A stretch of 64,000 nucleotides of DNA, from the NCBI GenBank assembly GCA_013239625.1, contig MU053934.1:11075003-11139002 (forward strand). The letters are read 5' to 3'. This DNA comes from Lama guanicoe. Taxonomy: Eukaryota. The notes below the pieces were generated by a model, which saw only the letters and a list, made by a program, of their open reading frames with translations, was not told the origin of the DNA and ran no database searches. This document shows positions 63,167 through 64,000 of this stretch, piece after piece. The position numbers and the translations under genes are program-made. How positions within the stretch are numbered: position 1 is the stretch's first letter; every line of letters starts with the position of its first letter.

Positions 63167-64000
63167 TCCTGTCTCCATCTCTCCAACCCTGGACAGCCCT
63201 TGGAAGAGACCACAGGGAGAGAGAGTTCTGGGCATCGGCTGGGGTGCCGTGAGGGAAGGGGGCCTGAGTTCTGACCCTGTACCCTGTGTCAGGCAGTGTA
63301 GACGGGGGAATTAACCAGAATGTTACACCTTTACAGAGCCCTCTCCCCTTCACCCTCTCTTGAAGGATCACATTAACCCCAGAGCAGGTGCGATGACCAT
63401 GCACCTGGAGGGTGAGGAAGTGGCAGGCTCTGTGTGGCTCTGTGACCAGCCCCAGCCCCGCGCCCAGGGAGGGAGGGACCTGGTGCAGGTGTGTTTCCTC
63501 ATGCGCCCCTTCCTTTGCCCTGGCTGCTGCGCCCATAACCCGAGCCCTGAGCAGGAAGTTAGGACCAACACCCCGGGCAGGGTCTGTGAGGGTCGTCTCG
63601 ACCTCGCCCTCAGTGGGCGGAGCAACCCCTCCCCACTGCTGAGAGGGCTTCCGACTGCTCTCCCTGCGGCCTCCTGAGAGCAAGGAGACTCATCACACGG
63701 GACAGAGTGATTGTGACTGTGCCTGATCAGCTGGTGACATCCGGGTGGAGAGACTGTTTGCTTCCCGTCTGCTTCCCCAGGACCCAGAGGAACCCCGACA
63801 TCCTGACATTGGGATGGGGAACGAGTGTCTGCAGAGGGAGGAGGAGAGAAGGAGGGGCCTGGGGAGGGAGGCAGGCCTCAGTGCTGCCCGCAAGGAGTGT
63901 GGCCACTGGCCCCATCGCCCGCCTCTCCGTTTCCTCGGGGGGCCTTCGGGGCCTCCGTGTCTGGCAGCAGGTTGCAGGGAGCAGTTGCTGTGGGTAGTTC

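Noticed and set aside
1..64000. A novel multi-gene biological system or a named host gene
   Set aside because: No recognisable coding exons beyond one 7-codon candidate; I could not identify the locus from sequence alone and assign no gene symbol

Overview
This is mammalian genomic DNA, GC- and CpG-rich, with one 76-N assembly gap. Two tRNA-derived SINEs and the L1 3' UTR type suggest a camelid (camel or alpaca). I recognise no multi-exon protein-coding gene. Almost all of the supplied ORFs are GC-driven noise or decayed L1 ORF2. The window is mostly intronic or intergenic and contains old interspersed repeats (MIR, L2, MLT1, MER21, MER68, MER58A, Tigger-like, L1MC/ME). It includes an ~8 kb antisense L1 (26.0-34.2 kb) carrying a nested ERV1-type solo LTR with a 4-bp TSD and a second L1 3' fragment. 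The most notable non-repeat signals are: (i) a minus-strand TATA/Inr promoter plus short first coding exon (ATG in strong Kozak context, MDTRRIF, perfect GTAAGT donor) at ~5.64-5.85 kb; (ii) a 34 x 16-bp minisatellite with a 64-bp higher-order period and 26 AGGTCA half-sites at 12.95-13.5 kb; (iii) several AT-rich, homeobox/FOX/MEIS/T-box motif-dense islands that look like developmental enhancers upstream of that exon. I found no evidence for a novel multi-gene system. Repeat family names come from recalled consensus resemblance, not from a database search, and most repeat boundaries are approximate.
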